Below, one piece after another: positions 24,885 through 37,200 of a DNA stretch of 64,000 nt (position 1 is the first letter of the stretch; every line of letters begins with the position of its first letter). The stretch is from NCBI GenBank assembly GCA_002269645.1, contig NIVC01000012.1, forward strand, positions 1,116,001 through 1,180,000, read 5' to 3'. Made by a program: the position numbers and the translations under genes. This DNA is from Macrostomum lignano. Its lineage: Eukaryota. The notes beneath the pieces are model-generated. The model made no database searches. It saw only the letters and a list, made by a program, of their open reading frames with translations, and was not told the DNA's origin.

Positions 24885-25735
24885 CTGTCCGTAGCTATTG
24901 TCTGGCAGTCTTCCAACTGTCCGTAGCTATTGTCTGGCAGTCTTCCAACTGTCCGTAGCTATTGTCTGGCAGTCTTCCAACTGTCCGTAGCTATTGTCTG
25001 GCAGTCTTCCAACTGTCCGTAGCTATTGTCTGGCAGTCTTCCTAATTGTCCGTAGCTATTGTCTGGCAGTCTTACTACTTGTCCGTAGCTATTGTCTGGC
25101 AGTCTTCCTACTTGTCCGTAGCTATTGTCTGGCAGTCTTACTACTTGTCCGTAGCTATTGTCTGGCAGTCTTCCTACTTGTCTGTAGCTATTGTCTGGCA
25201 GTCTTCCTACTTGTCCGTAGCTATTGTCTGGCAGTCTTCCTCCTACTTGTCCGTAGCTATTGTCTGGCAGTCTTACTACTTGTCCGTAGCTATTGTCTGG
25301 CAGTCTTACTACTTGTCCGTAGCTATTGTCTGGCAGTCTTCCTACCTGTCCTTAACTATTGTCTGACAGCCTTCCTACCTGTCCTTAACTATTGTCTGAC
25401 AGTCTTACTACCTGTCCTTAACTATTGTCTGACAGCCTTCCTAACTGTCCTTAACTATTGTCTGACAGTCTTCCTACCTGTCCTTAACTATTGTCTGACA
25501 GCCTTCCTAACTGTCCTTAACTATTGTCTGACAGTCTTACTACCTGTCCTTAACTATTGTCTGACAGTCTTCCTACCTGTCCTTAACTATTGTCTGACAG
25601 TCTTACTACCTGTCCTTAACTATTGTCTGACAGTCTTCCTACCTGTCCTTAACTATTGTCTGACAGTCTTACTACCTGTCCTTAACTATTGTCTGACAAC
25701 CTTCCTACCTGTCCTTAACTATTGTCTGACAGCTA
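24885..25735 (+). repeat. 33-bp minisatellite (CTATTGTCTGGCAGTCTTCCTACTTGTCCGTAG grading to ..GACAG..CCTGTCCTTAA) in oxidase-2 intron 1
   Basis: About 25 units, with a 5'-to-3' switch between two unit variants near 25345. Confidence 0.93.
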
Positions 25736-26651
25736 CATGTCCACTTATTCTGTTCAATGATCAATCCTGTCTTATTAATAGCTTTCCTATACCCCCAGGC
25801 CGAACCCGCCTAGCCATGGGCGCGATGTGGCTTCATGGCGGCCCCGCCAACCCGCTGTACAAGCCTCTGACTCAGCTGCTGGGCCCCCAATGCCTGCAGG
25901 CCGCTGAGAAGGACCCCAGCATCGAAGACGCCTTCGTCTGGTCGTCAAGCGACTGAGACGTTGAGATGTGCGTTGGCCTCAGCGGATGATGAGGTTGAAT
26001 TTAGGGATAAATTCGATCTGAGCGTTGCTGATCTGCTCTTCCAGCGGAAACTGTTCGATCTCAATATTGAAACAGATGACAATGCAAAAAAGCTGTTCCT
26101 GCAGTCTGCTCTGCGTTCGGTCTGTTTGCAATACGGCAAAAGCGAAGGAGTTGACTGTTTGGCACAGCTGGGAGTCCTGGGTCAGGCCGCTTATAGAGAT
26201 CACACTGCTGTTGGCGGCAACAGGTTCGCATGGGGTGCGTTCGATCGGTTGGTGTCAATTCTGGGAGGCTGCCTGCCGGAGCAGTGTCTGCAGTTGGAGA
26301 CCAAGGTGAGAAGTGTCGATTTGGGATCTTTGGTTGCTAAGCTCTGTAGGTCACTGGGATCTATGGTCAGTGCTAAAGAATATTTGACATTGATTTAGTG
26401 CAAGATCACTGAAGAGGTCGGTCAGGACTTTGATTTTTAGGGTCATCTAAGGTTACTTAAGAGTCACTCTGTATTTGGAACTTATTTCAATCACTGGAAA
26501 GTTCATTCAGTGCTTCAGGCTGTTTAAGGGCCTTCTCAAACGACTGAAAAGGTCATAAAAAGGTCATTCGGTGCTTTCTCGAAGGCAAGGATAATTAAGG
26601 TCACTTTAAATGAATTAACTTTCCCAAATATTTAACCTCTTCACCATGCAG

Positions 26652-28430
26652 TAGGTCAGAGATTGGGTAAGAGATTGATTGGGTCAGCTACTAGGTCAGA
26701 TGTTGGGTCAGCTACTAGGTCAGATGTTGGGTCAGCTACTAGGTCAGATGTTGGGTCAGCTACTAGGTCAGATGTTGGGTCAGCTGCTGGGTCAGAGATT
26801 GGGTCAGCTACTAGGTCAGAGATTGGGTCAGCTACTAGGTCAGATGTTGGGTCAGCTACTAGGTCAGATGTTGGGTCAGCTACTAGGTCAGATGTTGGGT
26901 CAGCTACTGGGTCAGAGATTGGGTCAGCTACTAGGTCAGAGATTGGGTCAGCTACTAGGTCAGATGTTGGGTCAGCTACTAGGTGAGAGATTGGGTCAGC
27001 TACTAGGTCAGATGTTGGGTCAGCTACTAGGTCAGAGATTGTGTCAGCTACTAGGTCAGAGATTAGGTCAGCTACTAGGTCAGATGTTGGGTCAGCTACT
27101 AGGTCAGATGTTGGGTCAGCTACTAGGTCAGATGTTGGGTCAGCTACTAGGTCAGATGTTGGGTCAGCTACTGGGTCAGAGATTGGGTCAGCTACTAGGT
27201 CAGAGATTGGGTCAGCTACTAGGTCAGATGTTAAGTCAGCTACTAGGTGAGAGATTGGGTCAGCTACTAGGTCAGAGATTGGGTCAGCTACTAGGTCAGA
27301 GATTGGGTCAGCTACTAGGTCAGATGTTGGGTCAGCTACTAGGTCAGAGATTGTGTCAGCTACTAGGTCAGAGATTAGGTCAGCTACTAGGTCAGATGTT
27401 GGGTCAGCTACTAGGTCAGATGTTGGGTCAGCTACTAGGTCAGAGATTGGGTCAGCTACTAGGTCAGATGTTGGGTCAGCTACTAGGTCAGAGATTGTGT
27501 CAGGTACTAGGTCAGAGATTAGGTCAGCTACTAGGTCAGATGTTGGGTCAGCTACTAGGTCAGATGTTGGGTCAGCTACTAGGTCAGAGATTGTGTCAGC
27601 TACTAGGTCAGAGATTAGGTCAGCTACTAGGTCAGAGATTGTGTCAGCTACTAGGTCAGAGATTAGGTCAGCTACTAGGTCAGATGTTGGGTCAGCTACT
27701 AGGTCAGATGTTGGGTCAGCTACTAGGTCAGAGATTAGGTCAGCTACTAGGTCAGATGTTGGGTCAGCTACTAGGTCAGATGTTGGGTCAGCTACTAGGT
27801 GAGAGATTGGATCAGCTACTAGGTCAGAGATTGGGTCAGCCACTAGGTCAGAGATTGGGTCAGCTACTAGGTCAGAGATTGGGTCAGCTACTAGGTCAGA
27901 GATTAGGTCAGCTACTAGGTCAGATGTTGGGTCAGCTACTAGGTCAGAGATTAGGTCAGCCACTAGGTCAGATGTTGGGTCAGCTACTAGGTCAGATGTT
28001 GGGTCAGCTACTAGGTCAGAGATTAGGTCAGCTACTAGGTCAGATGTTGGGTCAGCTACTAGGTGAGAGATTGGATCAGCTACTAGGTCAGAGATTGGGT
28101 CAGCCACTAGGTCAGAGATTGGGTCAGCTACTAGGTCAGAGATTGGGTCAGCTACTAGGTCAGAGATTAGGTCAGCTACTAGGTCAGATGTTGGGTCAGC
28201 TACTAGGTCAGAGATTAGGTCAGCCACTAGGTCAGATGTTGGGTCAGCTACTAGGTCAGATGTTGGGTCAGCTACTAGGTCAGAGATTAGGTAAGCTACT
28301 AGGTCAGATGTTGGGTCAGCTACTAGGTGAGAGATTGGGTCAGCCACTAGGTCAGAGATTAGGTCAGCTACTAGGTCAGATGTTGGGTCAGCTACTAGGT
28401 GAGAGATTGGGTCAGCCACTAGGTCAGAGA
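26652..28430 (+). repeat. 24-bp minisatellite (GGTCAGCTACTAGGTCAGAKRTTG) in oxidase-2 intron 2
   Basis: About 74 units; same family as 14230-14850. Confidence 0.95.
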
Positions 28431-31109
28431 TCCTATATATATTCGCAATCCCCCGATGCAGGTGGACCGCATATCCGTAACACCGGATGGTGCGGCCTCC
28501 CTACTGATCGGCTCTGAGTGGCACCAGTTCAATCACGCGCTGGTCACAGTGTCACTGGGTGTGCTCCAAGCCAATCAGCTGATCGAGCCGAGCCTGGTAA
28601 CCAGTGAGAGACAGTCAGCGCTGAAACAGATGCAGCTCGGGGTTGTGGACAAAATCTTTGTTCGCTTAGCTGCACCGGTTCCTCTGCCTGTTGATTGCAA
28701 TCACCTGTGGATTGTTCGCCAGCAGCTGTGCAACACCTGGGTAGATGGAGTCTTCTCTCTGTCGGTTGTAAACAAGGATAGGGACATTATCATGTGTAGG
28801 TTTCGACTTTGGTGTTTTCGCTTAAATGTCAAGTTAAAAATCTCGTATGTATTTTACTACGGATACGCTGCATATACTACTGATTTTAGTTTGGATCGCA
28901 GGCGACTACGCAAAATCAATGGAGGCCAAGTCTGAAGCAGAGCTAATCGAAGATTTTAACAAACAGCTTGAAGGCGTCTTCCGGTGTGCAGTGCCAGAAA
29001 TTCTAGAAATTATCAGGCAAGTATACACATCAAGCCATAGAAAACTGAGAAATTTAGACCTTTTTTAATTTAGATAGTTTAACTCTTCTAAACTACTAAT
29101 TTGTTGAGTTGTTGCACCGATTTTTAAGGAATATTTTAATCTTTTAAATTGAATCAATCCAAAAATCGCAGATCTACATTCGGTACGAAACAGAATTTTC
29201 TCGGCTCGTACAGCCATTTCTTGCCGGGCTCAAATCCCGAACTTCACTCGGCTCTCTGGGATCCAATTAAATATTCGGCATCAGATAAGCCAGCGGTTTG
29301 TTTCGCTGGCGAGCACACTCACCCCTGCTATTTTTCAACTGTGCACGGAGCTCTGCTGAGCGGCGTACGAGAGGCAGTCAGAATCAGTCAGTATTGCAAG
29401 TTGAGCGTCAAGTCCTCCTCAAGTACAGCGGATCATGAATTTCTTGACTCGTTGGTGCAGTTAGTTTCAAATTAGTGCAATGGGGATTCAGTTTTCTAGT
29501 AATAACCTGACAATTGATTTTTGCCTGCATCAATTATAGTCACGCGTTTTTTTATTTTTAATTGTCGGTTAGTTGCCTCTTCAAATCAACCGCGTGTTTT
29601 GTTTTAATCGTTAGATCTTTGTGAGACAATTTTCAGTTTTATGAAATTTTTAATAATTTACTAATTTTTTGTTGCTTATTAGTCATAAATGATTTTTTTG
29701 TTTTAAAGTTGTTAAATATTTTCTGCTTTAAAAGGCCGTCTAGTTTTGTTTTAATTCTCACACTTTACGTTTCAATTTGAGTATTTATTTTTTTATATAT
29801 ATTAAAAATTAATGAAAACAATAAATAAATTACTACTTACTACAAATATTATATGATTATTAATACTGATAATTTTAACTGTAAAACACTCAATTTAATA
29901 GTTATAAAAAGTACTACTTTATTTATTGTTTCGTTTTAGGTATTTTGTTCCATTTTTGCCAATTTTTATTTTTAATTTTTTCTGATTTCCAATCAAACTT
30001 ACTTTTGTTTTAATTTTCAATAGTTGTATTTTAAACTTCTATTTTTGTTTCTATAGGAATAAGGATGCCTGATTGCCAAATCCTTTTTTAATTTTTTTGT
30101 TAAAGATGATTTTGTTTTAATCGAACGTCTTTTACAAGTATTTTTTATTTTCCTTTGAACATGGTCAATTCTTTAAGAATCATACAAAGTCAAAAAATCG
30201 AAAATTTAATCTAGTTTTAAACATGATATTGCTCGCATATTTTTGTTAAACTCGATTTATGAAGCTACATGCCGCTAACCAAATCCTCAATGGTTTCTGC
30301 AGCAAAGCACTATTGGCCCTTTTGCCTAATTTATCCAAAATTTCAATATCTGTCACGACAGCGCGGAGCCATCATTAGTCACCCACAATTGTTCTGTGTT
30401 CCAACAATCTCTCGATCCGTTTTTCTTTCTATTTTTTTCTTGCTTCTACACAAGCAAATCTGGAGACACAGTAGCTAGGGGCATATATGCTTCAATTTTC
30501 TGCCAAAGCAAGGGTTGCTAAGTGGCTTTGGCCGTTACAAGAAACATGCAGCTGAGCCGTACCTAAGGATAGGAATTAGCGGTGCACACAAGAACTCCCA
30601 GGAAGAAGCTGACTGAAGTAGGCGGATGCGGCTGTCATGTGCGCCAAAAAAAGAGCCAGAACCATTTACCTGGCTAACGGAGTAAAGTGCATCTTATTTG
30701 AATGGATTAATGAGCCTCTCTATAGCTTTGTGTCAGTGGCTTGGATCTAGTTTAGATACTGATTGATTGACATGAACAGCATGCAGGCTTAGAAAATAAT
30801 AAAAAACGATTAATCAAAAGGTAAGAGTCTAGCATTAATAGATTCTATATGTATATAGTTTATACATTAGGCTTCTGTATTAATTAAATTAACTAATCAA
30901 ATTATGCATCGAATTCAACTTTAACATCCACTGTTTAGGATCTGGTATACAACCTAGCTCAACGGCTGCGAGACAATGACAGACTTTAATCAGGATCGTT
31001 GTTAAAAGCCTGTCAGAGGAGGCTGATGCAGTCAAGGTAAAGGAACTGACATAAATAGATTCAGTAGTTGACACAATCTACAGAAGCACTGACGCAATAA
31101 AATGTAACC

Positions 31110-31375
31110 TTATATAGATCTGACGCAGACAAAACTATGTACCTGACACAAACTTAAGGACCTGACACAAACAAACCTAGAAGTACCTGACACAAACAAG
31201 GGGTCGGACAAACTTAGCACACTTGACACAAGCTTAAGGATCTGACACAAACCTATGGACCTGAAACAAGCTTGTTTATGGTCCTGACACAAACCTAAGG
31301 ATCTGACACAAACCTATGAACCTGACACAAGCCTATGGACCTGACGCAACCCTAGGGCCTGACACAAACAGTAGC
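31110..31375 (-). repeat. Degenerate ~20-bp repeat (GATCTGACACAAAC core), an inverted relative of the 34690-36645 array
   Basis: GATCTGACACAAAC at 31239-31252 is the exact reverse complement of GTTTGTGTCAGATC in the downstream array. Confidence 0.75.
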
Positions 31376-32164
31376 AAGGAGCTAAAAGCAAAAAAACAGA
31401 AGCAAGGAGCTGCAACTGACACATCGCAGCTTTTTAATCTGATTAAATAGACAGATTAAGTTGTTGACAGGCAGTCTGAATTGGATTTATCAATCAAACA
31501 TCAATTTTGTTTCTATCTGTCTGCAGCTCATGTCTCTGCAGTTAAAAATCCGCGAGTTTCTATAAGAAACTGTTGTCAGAAGAGACAATTTAATTAAAAA
31601 CACGGAAATGTTTCATAAAATTTGCATATTTGCTGTTGCTGGTATTCATGTAGCCAATCACCGAAATGAAGCTGATGGATTCGTTGGCCAACCTATTGGG
31701 GTGGAAAACTTTGATTGGCATCATATTAGCTAGGCTTGGATGGGATATAAAAAGGGTCGGTCGCCCTCCCTTGGCTCCCATGAACTAGCTAGCGGGCAGC
31801 CAATGAATGCAAGAGAGCTCGCCTGCCTCCTGCTGCAGAATGGAGCTTTGAGAAGCCAACATCTCAGCCAGACTCAGCCAAACTTTGAGAGAGCGACTGG
31901 ATTTCGTGCTCAAAAGCTATATATAGTTCCCTTGCTGCAAATGTGAGTTGACTTGGGGACTCGGTGCTTCGTGTCAGATTGGGATTTCTATTCATTTAAA
32001 TATGGTTTCTGTATAGATATTGTTGAACTAGCTGAAATTGATAACTAGCTCAGCTTTAGTTATATCAGCTTGTACTTTTTAAAACTAATATTATTCGGTA
32101 AAATCCAGTATGCTCGATAGGATTCTAGATAAAAGATTAGATGAGAGGGCCAGTTGTGAACATA

Positions 32165-33110
32165 GAGAGTAGGGAAATCAGTGAGATTAGAGAAAGATTA
32201 GTGAGATGGGAGGGGGATCAGTGATATGAGAGGGAAATCAGTGAGATTAGAGAAAGATCAGTGAGATGGGAGGGGGATCAGTGAGATTAGAGAAAGATCA
32301 GTGATATGAGAGGGAAATCAGTGAGATTAGAGAAAGATCAGTGAGATGAGAGGGAAGTCAGTGAGTTTAGAGAAAGATCAGTGAGATGAGAGGGGGATCT
32401 GTGAGATGAGAGGGAGATCAGTGAGATGAGAGGGGGGTCTGTGAGATGAGAGGGAGATCAGTGATATGAGAGGGAGATCAGTGAGATGAGAGAAAGATCA
32501 GTGATATGAGAGGGAGATCAGTGAGATGAGAGAAAGATCAGTGAGATGAGAGGGAAATCAGTGAGATTAGAGAAAGATCAGTGAGATGGGAGGGGGATCT
32601 GTGAGATGAGAGGGAGATCAGTGAGATGAGAGAAAGATCAGTGAGATGAAAGGGGGATCAGTGATATGAGAGGGAGATCAGTGAGATGAGAGAAAAATCA
32701 GTGAGATGAGAGGAGGATCAGTGATATGAGAGGGAGATCAGTGATATGAGAGGGGGATCAGGGATATGAGAGGGAGATCTTTGAGATGAGAGGGAAATCA
32801 GAGAGATTAGAGAAAGATCAGTGAGATGAGAGGAGGATCAGTGAAATGAGAGGGATCGAGATCTGTGAGATGAGGAAGATCAGTGAGATGAGATTAGAGA
32901 TCAGTGAGATGAGATTAGAAATCAGTAGGATGAGACGGAGATCAGTGAGATGAGATTAGAGAACACTGAGATGAGAGGGAGATCAGTATATGAGATTAGA
33001 TATCAATGAGATGAGAGGGAGATCTGTGAGATGAGGAAGATCTGTGAGATGAGGAAGATCAGTGAGATGAGGTTTGAGATCTGTGAGATGAGAAATAGAG
33101 AGTTCCGAGA
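32165..33110 (+). repeat. ~20-bp purine-rich minisatellite (GATCAGTGAGATGAGAGGGA)
   Basis: About 45 degenerate units seen directly. Confidence 0.92.
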
Positions 33111-33607
33111 TCAATATAAACGCAGAAAGAAGATCTCATGCAGTGGGTTTGGCAGATCAAGAGAGAGCCACAGCACGAGACCAGAGTGATAAATGACTGG
33201 GACACGACTAATAAAGCAATGGCATAAATGAATTATCGACAGTCACGGACCGGGATGTCTGGTCCGCTGAGAAGCTGTGGTCAATAAGCTGAAGAAGGAC
33301 ATCCCCAATTGCTATATATAAGATTTGGTTGGAAGCAGATTTTGTGTAGACTAAAAGTACAAGTCATCAACCAGCTCTGGTCTCTGGGGGTGAGATGCCC
33401 CGGATGCTTTGGGGGTAGGAATGGTTAGAATTGGACACCACTTGCTGGATAGATAGCGGCAGATCGTGACTTGGCTATCTGATTCACGCAGGCATTCGCG
33501 TCCTATAGATAGAAATTCACACTTGGCCAACTAATTATATATTCAACTTGTAAGATTTATGCTGCTGACAATCCAGCTGAAATGTAAAGCGGTTATTGCA
33601 GCGGCAG

Positions 33608-34238
33608 GACTGACTGACTGACTGACTGACTGACTGACTGACTGACTGACTGACTGACTGACTGACTGACTGACTGACTGACTGACTGACTGACTGACTG
33701 ACTGACTGACTGACTGACTGACTGACTGACTGACTGACTGACTGACTGACTGACTGACTGACTGACTGACTGACTGACTGACTGACTGACTGACTGACTG
33801 ACTGACTGACTGACTGACTGACTGACTGACTGACTGACTGACTGACTGACTGACTGACTGACTGACTGACTGACTGACTGACTGACTGACTGACTGACTG
33901 ACTGACTGACTGACTGACTGACTGACTGACTGACTGACTGACTGACTGACTGACTGACTGACTGACTGACTGACTGACTGACTGACTGACTGACTGACTG
34001 ACTGACTGACTGACTGACTGACTGACTGACTGACTGACTGACTGACTGACTGACTGACTGACTGACTGACTGACTGACTGACTGACTGACTGACTGACTG
34101 ACTGACTGACTGACTGACTGACTGACTGACTGACTGACTGACTGACTGACTGACTGACTGACTGACTGACTGACTGACTGACTGACTGACTGACTGACTG
34201 ACTGACTGACTGACTGACTGACTGACTGACTGACTGAC
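33608..34238 (+). repeat. Uninterrupted (GACT)n/(CTGA)n microsatellite, ~157 units
   Basis: No interruptions seen over ~630 nt; it ends ~16 nt before the CCCCCAG acceptor at 34254. Confidence 0.97.
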
Positions 34239-34254
34239 ACCAAATCTCCCCCAG

Positions 34255-37200
34255 GAGCCTCTGCTGCGCCCGTTTGGCCCAAGTCTGTCGGCACCTGCTG
34301 ACCCTGACAGCAGATCGATTTTGGCGATTCGTGTCAGCTGATCGGGACGGTGAGCTTAGCGATGACACCAGTCGCAGAGTCAGGTGCACCTGCGACTGTC
34401 ACGTCCGCGCTCAGGCTGTAAGAAACCAAGTCTGCAGCTCAGAGCAGCCAGATGATGCAGATGAAGAAGAGCTGGAAGCCACAGAGGCCAGTAAGATGCT
34501 GGCTTCCGGCGCGGAGCTGACATCAATGCTCTGTGCTATCTGCGGCTGCGGTGAACAGGCCCGCCGTAAAGACGATTTGGCGAGTGCAAATAGTGTTGCA
34601 GATTTTGCTTTCGTCTGCTGCTACGGCAGACTCATGCACTCCAGTTCGAGGCTTAGCGAAGATGGACCAATGTACAGGTGAGACATGGAACCTGTGTCAG
34701 ATCATTGTGTCTGTATCAGATCATTGTGTCAAATCATTGAGCCTGTTTGTGTCAGATTATTGAGTCTGTTTGTGTCAGATTATTGAGTCTGTTTGTGTCA
34801 GATTATTGAGTCTTTTACATTAGTGTCAGATCATTGAGTCTGTTTGTGTCAGATCATTGAGTTTGTATTTCTGTCAGATCATTGAGTCTGTTTGTGTCAG
34901 ATCATTAAGTTTGTATTTTGTGTCAGATCATTGAGTCTGTTTGTGTCAGATCATTGAGTCTGTTTGTGTCAGATCATTGAGTCTGTTTGTGTCAGATCAT
35001 TGAGTTTGTATTTATGTCAGATCATTGAGTCTGTTTGTGTCAGCTCATTGAGTCTGTTTGTGTCAGATCATTGAGTTTGTATTTGTGTCAGCTCATTGAG
35101 TCTGTTTGTGTCAGATCATTGATTTTGTATTTGTGTCAGATCATTGAGTCTGTTTGTGTCAGCTCATTGAGTCTGTTTGTGTCAGATCATTGAGTTTGTA
35201 TTTGTGTCAGATCATTGAGTCTGTTTGTGTCAGCTCATTGAGTCTGTTTGTGTCAGATCATTGAGTCTGTTTGTGTCAGATCATTGAGTCTGTTTGTGTC
35301 AGATCATTGAGTCTGTTTGTGTCAGATCATTGAGTCTGTTTGTGTCAGATCATTGAGTCTGTTTGTGTCAGATCATTGAGTCTGTGTTTGTGTCAGATCA
35401 TTGAGTCTGTTTGTGTCAGATCATTGAGTCTGTGTTTGTGTCAGATCATTGAGTCTGTGTTTGTGTCAGATCATTGAGTCTGTTTGTGTCAGATCATTGA
35501 GTCTGTGTTTGTGTCAGATCATTGAGTCTGTGTTTGTGTCAGATCATTGAGTCTGTTTGTGTCAGATCATTGAGTCTGTTTGTGTCAGCTCATTGAGTCT
35601 GTTTGTGTCAGATCATTGAGTCTGTTTGTGTCAGATCATTGAGTTTGTATTTGTGTCAGCTCATTGAGTCTGTTTGTGTCAGATCATTGAGTTTGTATTT
35701 GTGTCAGATCATTGAGTCTGTTTGTGTCAGATCATTGAGTCTGTGTTTGTGTCAGATCATTGAGTCTGTTTGTGTCAGATCATTGAGTCTGTGTTTGTGT
35801 CAGATCATTGAGTCTGTTTGTGTCAGATCATTGAGTTTGTATTTGTGTCAGATCATTGAGTCTGTTTGTGTCAGCTCATTGAGTCTGTTTGTGTCAGCTC
35901 ATTGAGTCTGTTTGTGTCAGATCATTGAGTTTGTATTTGTGTCAGATCATTGAGTCTGTTTGTGTCAGCTCATTGAGTCTGTTTGTGTCAGATCATTGAG
36001 TTTGTATTTGTGTCAGATCATTGAGTCTGTTTGTGTCAGCTCATTGAGTCTGTTTGTGTCAGATCATTGATTTTGTATTTGTGTCAGAGCATTGAGTCTG
36101 TTTGTGTCAGCTCATTGAGTCTGTTTGTGTCAGATCATTGAGTCTGTTTGTGTCAGATCATTGAGTCTGTTTGTGTCAGATCATTGAGTCTGTTTGTGTC
36201 AGATCATTGAGTCTGTTTGTGTCAGATCATTGAGTCTGTTTGTGTCAGATCATTGAGTCTGTGTTTGTGTCAGATCATTGAGTCTGTTTGTGTCAGATCA
36301 TTGAGTCTGTGTTTGTGTCAGATCATTGAGTCTGTTTGTGTCAGATCATTGAGTCTGTTTGTGTCAGATCATGGAGTCTGTGTTTGTGTCAGATCATTGA
36401 GTCTGTTTGTGTCAGATCATTGAGTTTGTATTTGTGTCAGATCATTGAGTCTGTTTGTGTCAGATCATTGAGTCTGTGTTTGTGTCAGATCATTGAGTCT
36501 GTTTGTGTCAGATCATTGAGTCTGTGTTTGTGTCAGATCATTGAGTCTGTTTGTGTCAGATCATTGAGTCTGTGTTTGTGTCAGATTATTGAGTCTGTTT
36601 GTGTCAGATCATTGAGTCTGTTTGTGTCAGATCATTGAGTTTGAGATTTTGTAGCGTTTTTTAACGCTTTATTTAAAATGTTTCAGTGAGTTTTAAGTTG
36701 CAAACGCTGCATAAAAAGGAAATGCTAAAAAACAATAATCTGATTTATTTATCTAGGCACAAAAATTGTAAAAAAACAATTTTTTATGAGGCATGTTTGG
36801 AGCTAAACACTCAGCACAACAGACTTTATCTAGACATCCCCCCTATGCCTTGCAGAAACTCTAGAATCATAAAACCTCTAATAAGTCATAAATTTTGCTG
36901 ATCTTTTGTTTTCGTTCAGAACACGGATGTATGCAGTTTGTGGACTGCCCATTAGTCAATAATTATCAAGATATCCTGGGGACAGGGACAGGCGGACAGA
37001 CATGAAAACAGACCGACGGACCCTAGTGCAGACACTAGGACAGACACTGGGACAGACACTGGGACAGACACTGGGACAGACACTGGGACAGACACTGGGA
37101 CAGACACTGGGACAGACACTGGGACAGACACTGGGACAGACACTGGGACAGACACTGGGACAGACACTGGGACAGACACTGGGACAGACACTGGGACAGA

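Larger units (their letters stand above)
24672..29475 (+). pseudogene. Polyamine/spermine oxidase-like paralog 2; exons 24672-24831, 25799-26305, 28462-28795, 28890-29016, 29172-29475; frameshift in exon 2 (pseudogene or assembly indel)
   Basis: Motifs VAVIGGGLSGLIAA, LGGRVHS, MGAMWLHGG, GVVDKIFV, LGSYS and FAGEHT..STVHGALLSGVREA. Exons 3 and 4 have the same lengths as in paralog 1 (334 and 127 nt). Exon 2 is 507 nt, which is the wrong phase, with TGA at 25954-25956 and continuation in the +1 frame. Intron 4 starts with GCAAGT. Confidence 0.8.

Noticed and set aside
26656-28517. 587-612-aa ORFs (LGQLLGQR / DLVADPTS repeats) and similar long ORFs at 13608-14807 (3' half), 16055-17244, 33535-34389, 36952-37707, 39885-40809, 41013-42208 and 45237-46810
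   Set aside because: They are translations of intronic tandem arrays whose units lack stops in some frames. The flanking exons splice around them with canonical sites.
1192-29475. Polycistronic (trans-spliced operon) organisation of the four co-oriented plus-strand genes
   Set aside because: Intergenic distances are 1-3.8 kb and repeat-filled, and no spliced-leader evidence can be obtained from genomic sequence alone.
30269-33600. Small ORFs and possible extra exons (30889-31074 minus, 31740-31946 plus, ~33555-33583 plus) and a possible decayed retroelement fragment near 33120-33500
   Set aside because: No consistent frame, phase chain or recognisable motifs. They may include upstream exons of the orphan gene, but this cannot be supported from sequence alone.
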